A stretch of 64,000 nt of DNA from Eledone cirrhosa (Eukaryota). The DNA lies in NCBI GenBank assembly GCA_964016885.1, contig OZ024740.1, positions 134,416,001 through 134,480,000 on the forward strand, read 5' to 3'. The notes below the pieces were generated by a model that was given only the letters and a program-made list of their open reading frames with translations, had not been told where the DNA came from and searched no databases. This document shows positions 60,965 through 64,000 of the stretch, piece by piece (the stretch's first letter is position 1; the number at the start of each line of letters is the position of its first letter). A program made the position numbers and the translations under genes.

Positions 60965-61015
<51 letters not shown>

Positions 61016-63211
61016 CTAAAACGGTCGGCACACATCTCCTCCTAAATCGTACGTTCAAATTTCGGTGAAATTGCTACACTTATAGATGAATGTCCGGCGG
61101 AGACATCGGTCAAAAAAACTTTCAAATCGACCCACGCCAAGTGCAAAAATAGAATTTTTCAGTTCAAATGTATAAATAGAGATGAGAGACGAGTTATTTC
61201 CCTTTTATGGCGTCATTTGTTTATTTATTTACGTTACGAACAAAACGAACGTTACGAACGTTACGAAAAAAGTACAAAATACGCGAACAGTTTTCGACCC
61301 AGCAAAATTTTAACCTGCAAAATTCATGAGTTCGATGTTTCAACATTAAGCTTCCATTTTGCTTCATTTCCATTAAAAAGTCTTTTAAAACAATATTTCA
61401 GCGCATCAGCCTCGCCATCACCCGAGGCAACGCTGCGAGTGTGCCGGCTTGCCTCAAAAATCATTAGAGAGGTTGCCCAGTACTCGCGACGTTGCTGTCT
61501 TTTGCTCTGGTGTTGGCTCCGTTGTTCACCCCTTCCTTTACATTTTCTTTAATATTGAAGGAATATATCTTTCATTATATCATCCTTTGTAGTGTTACCG
61601 AGGCATTTGTAATGTTATTTATGTATATATTTAAAACATATTTGTTATGTTATTCTACTCTAAATTTATTTATATGTTCTGTTTATATTTTCATTCTGAA
61701 GGAATTGCAAACGATTTGTAATGTTGTTTGTGCAACTATGAATAAAATATTTTTACTTGAAAACAAGCCTATTTGAATATACTACTACCCTAAAAAATCT
61801 ATGAAACTACATACATGTTGCAACTCTCTCTCTCTATACACACATATACATCTAAAGAGAGAAAGGGAGATGTAGAGAGAGAGAGTGAGATAGGTCGTTA
61901 TACAGAGAGAGGTACAAGATAATCAGATAGAGAGACAGAGAGAGAGAGAGAGAATGGCGACGAACGCTGGTTCACACATACACACACACACACAAACACA
62001 CATATATATATAAAGAGAGAGAGAGAGAGAGAGAGATCTGCGCGTTCTTTGTTGTTCTCCATTCTGTAGCGGAAGAGAGAAAGAGAGGGGGTATGAGTCA
62101 GAGAGAGAGAGAAAGAGAGAGAGAGGGTAAGGGTATGAGAAAAAAGGGAGAGGGGTTGGGAAAGAAAGAAAGTTTAAGCAAAGAATCGCTGCTTTCAACA
62201 TTAACGGGATCTTCTGAAACTAAAAAATTCAATCTGTCAACGCAGAATTAAATATTTCGAGAAACGTTGCAGCCGAAGGAAAACAGGAAGACAATATTTT
62301 GGTTCGTGAAGACGTTCCGTGGTAATGAACGGAAAAAAAGCGAGGATAATACGTCGTTATGTGGACCGAGAAGAACATTTTCATGCAAAGACAAGACCAA
62401 GTTTATGGTGTAAATGGAGTCGTTAGACTAATATTCTATTTAAAATAACTGAATGATTTCCAGCCCCGGAGTTTAAGAATGATGTAAATAAAATTGTAAA
62501 CGAAAATGACAGAGGTTATTAAAATAGTTGTTTCTACTTTTGGCACAAGGCCAGCAATTACCCAGTACATTACTGGTACTTTATTTTATCGACCCCGTAA
62601 GGATGAAAGGCAAAGTTAACCTCGACGGGATTTTAACTTTGCCTTAAAATAGTCAAAGTAAATAGTGAAGATTTAGGCCAGTACATACGTATGCGCTGAC
62701 GGACATACACATACATATACATACGCACACACAAATACATACACACACACAAACACACGTGCGCGCGCGTGTTTGTGAGTAAACCTTATGCATTTCTACA
62801 GTATTTTCATCAAACTTAAGACATAGGTTACTTATGTACTCCGGATGGTCATGGGCACTTTCATTTTTCCAGATATTGATTATAGGGCCTCCCGGCAGAT
62901 AACCCCCTTTAACCACTTCCTTGGAGTCGACTGAAGAACTGCAGTGCAATGCAACAAAACGTCATAACTTCTGGAGTTCGCAACCGATTTTCACAAAACT
63001 TGACACATGGGCTACGTTTGTTCTATAGATGAATCTGAATTCTCAGAATTGGCACATATTGAGTAGGGGACCCCTGGGGGCAGGAACCCCCTTTTGGAAA
63101 AAGCCGATGATTTTGTAAAAGTATAGTTTTCGAAGTAGCACTGAAGTATTGACATAAATGGTATACATAACTGCTATTTAATACCCGAGCAACGCCGGGT
63201 ACCTCTGCTAG
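60944..63211 (+). mobile_element. Probable non-autonomous Helitron
   Basis: 5' TCTATATATATAAAA then (TCTG)n; 3' hairpin TACCCG-agcaacgc-CGGGTA followed by CTAG|T. Pairing of the two ends is inferred. Confidence 0.6.
62523..62638 (-). mobile_element. 5'-truncated SINE (53427/57655 family)
   Basis: Reverse complement of the 3' part of 57655-57849. Confidence 0.85.
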
Positions 63212-63626
63212 TTAATAATATACCAATAACTAAAATAAATATTGATAGAAAAAAGGACTTAGAACGTGAAGTAGAGTCAAGTTTATTTAAAAACTGAATT
63301 GTGACTTCGAAGTGATGTTTGTGTCGTTTGTTGTTAATATAGCAAAAATATATTACAGACATGACATTGTTCTATAAGTGGAGAGAAATTACGTTTTTAT
63401 TTTGGATATGCTTGCTTACTATACCTAATTCTGTTTTAGCGGTGTTAATTAACCTGCATTTAGGATTATTAGAAAAAATTAAGTTCGGGGTTTTTTTTTA
63501 AGTAAGCTGTAGTGTGCTTAGGCTTAAAAGTTTTACTCGGTCGTCTATAATAAGGTTTTTAGCAATTTCTTAAGCTTTAGTTTTATGGAGTTTATGCCTA
63601 AGTTTAAAGTCTGTCTCCAGCACGAA

Positions 63627-63877
63627 GGCTCATCAGGCCAGTGTTTATCCAGGTTTCTCTGGCGTTAAGTGACTGAGAGTACAAGACTCCCTCTGAACAA
63701 AACGCCAGTTCATCGCACGGTTAAATCCCCAGCTATTGCAGGTACTCATTTTTAGCTGAATATACTGGAGCAACGTGAAATGAACTGTTTTGCTCAAGAA
63801 AACAACACACAACCCAGTTCAGGATTCGAACCCATGGCATTATGGTCCAACACCCTTACCACTAGGCAATGCACCTA
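63627..63877 (-). mobile_element. tRNA-derived SINE (57108 family), longer and diverged
   Basis: Minus strand: TGCCTAGTGG, GGTTCGAATCC, TTCTTGAGCAAAACAGTTCATTTCACGTTGCTCC. Confidence 0.75.
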
Positions 63878-64000
63878 GATATATGTGCTGGCGCCATATT
63901 CTTTTGTAAATATCAATGATATTGTTATATAATGTGATAAAGATCTTTTGGTAGTTTTCCAATGATATTTGCATTTTCTTGGGGAGGGATGTATGGATGT

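Overview
Eukaryotic, AT-rich, microsatellite-dense DNA with no host gene that I can support. The tRNA-type SINEs resemble octopus/coleoid cephalopod SINEs (recalled, not verified). Almost all recognisable content is transposable elements. 0-10 kb: an RTE fragment, a mariner, a truncated maT-like element and Penelope-like remnants with minimal hammerhead ribozymes, all set in (TA)n. 10.7-15.8 kb: R4/Dong-type RLE elements and short bipartite RTE derivatives set in (CATA)n. 21-25.5 kb: decayed RTE and Penelope elements. The main structure is 25.8-53.6 kb, where one (ATT)n microsatellite has grown into a ~28 kb array of five same-strand Tx1-clade LINEs (three with intact ORF1+ORF2, from two families with different 5' modules), two opposite-strand Dong/R4 fragments and a SINE, with (ATT)n at every junction. 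The last 10 kb holds a CRE fragment, minisatellites, SINEs, a 526 bp tandem duplication and a probable non-autonomous Helitron. Most short ORFs in the track are microsatellite or antisense artefacts. Family assignments come from motif recognition only; no searches were run.
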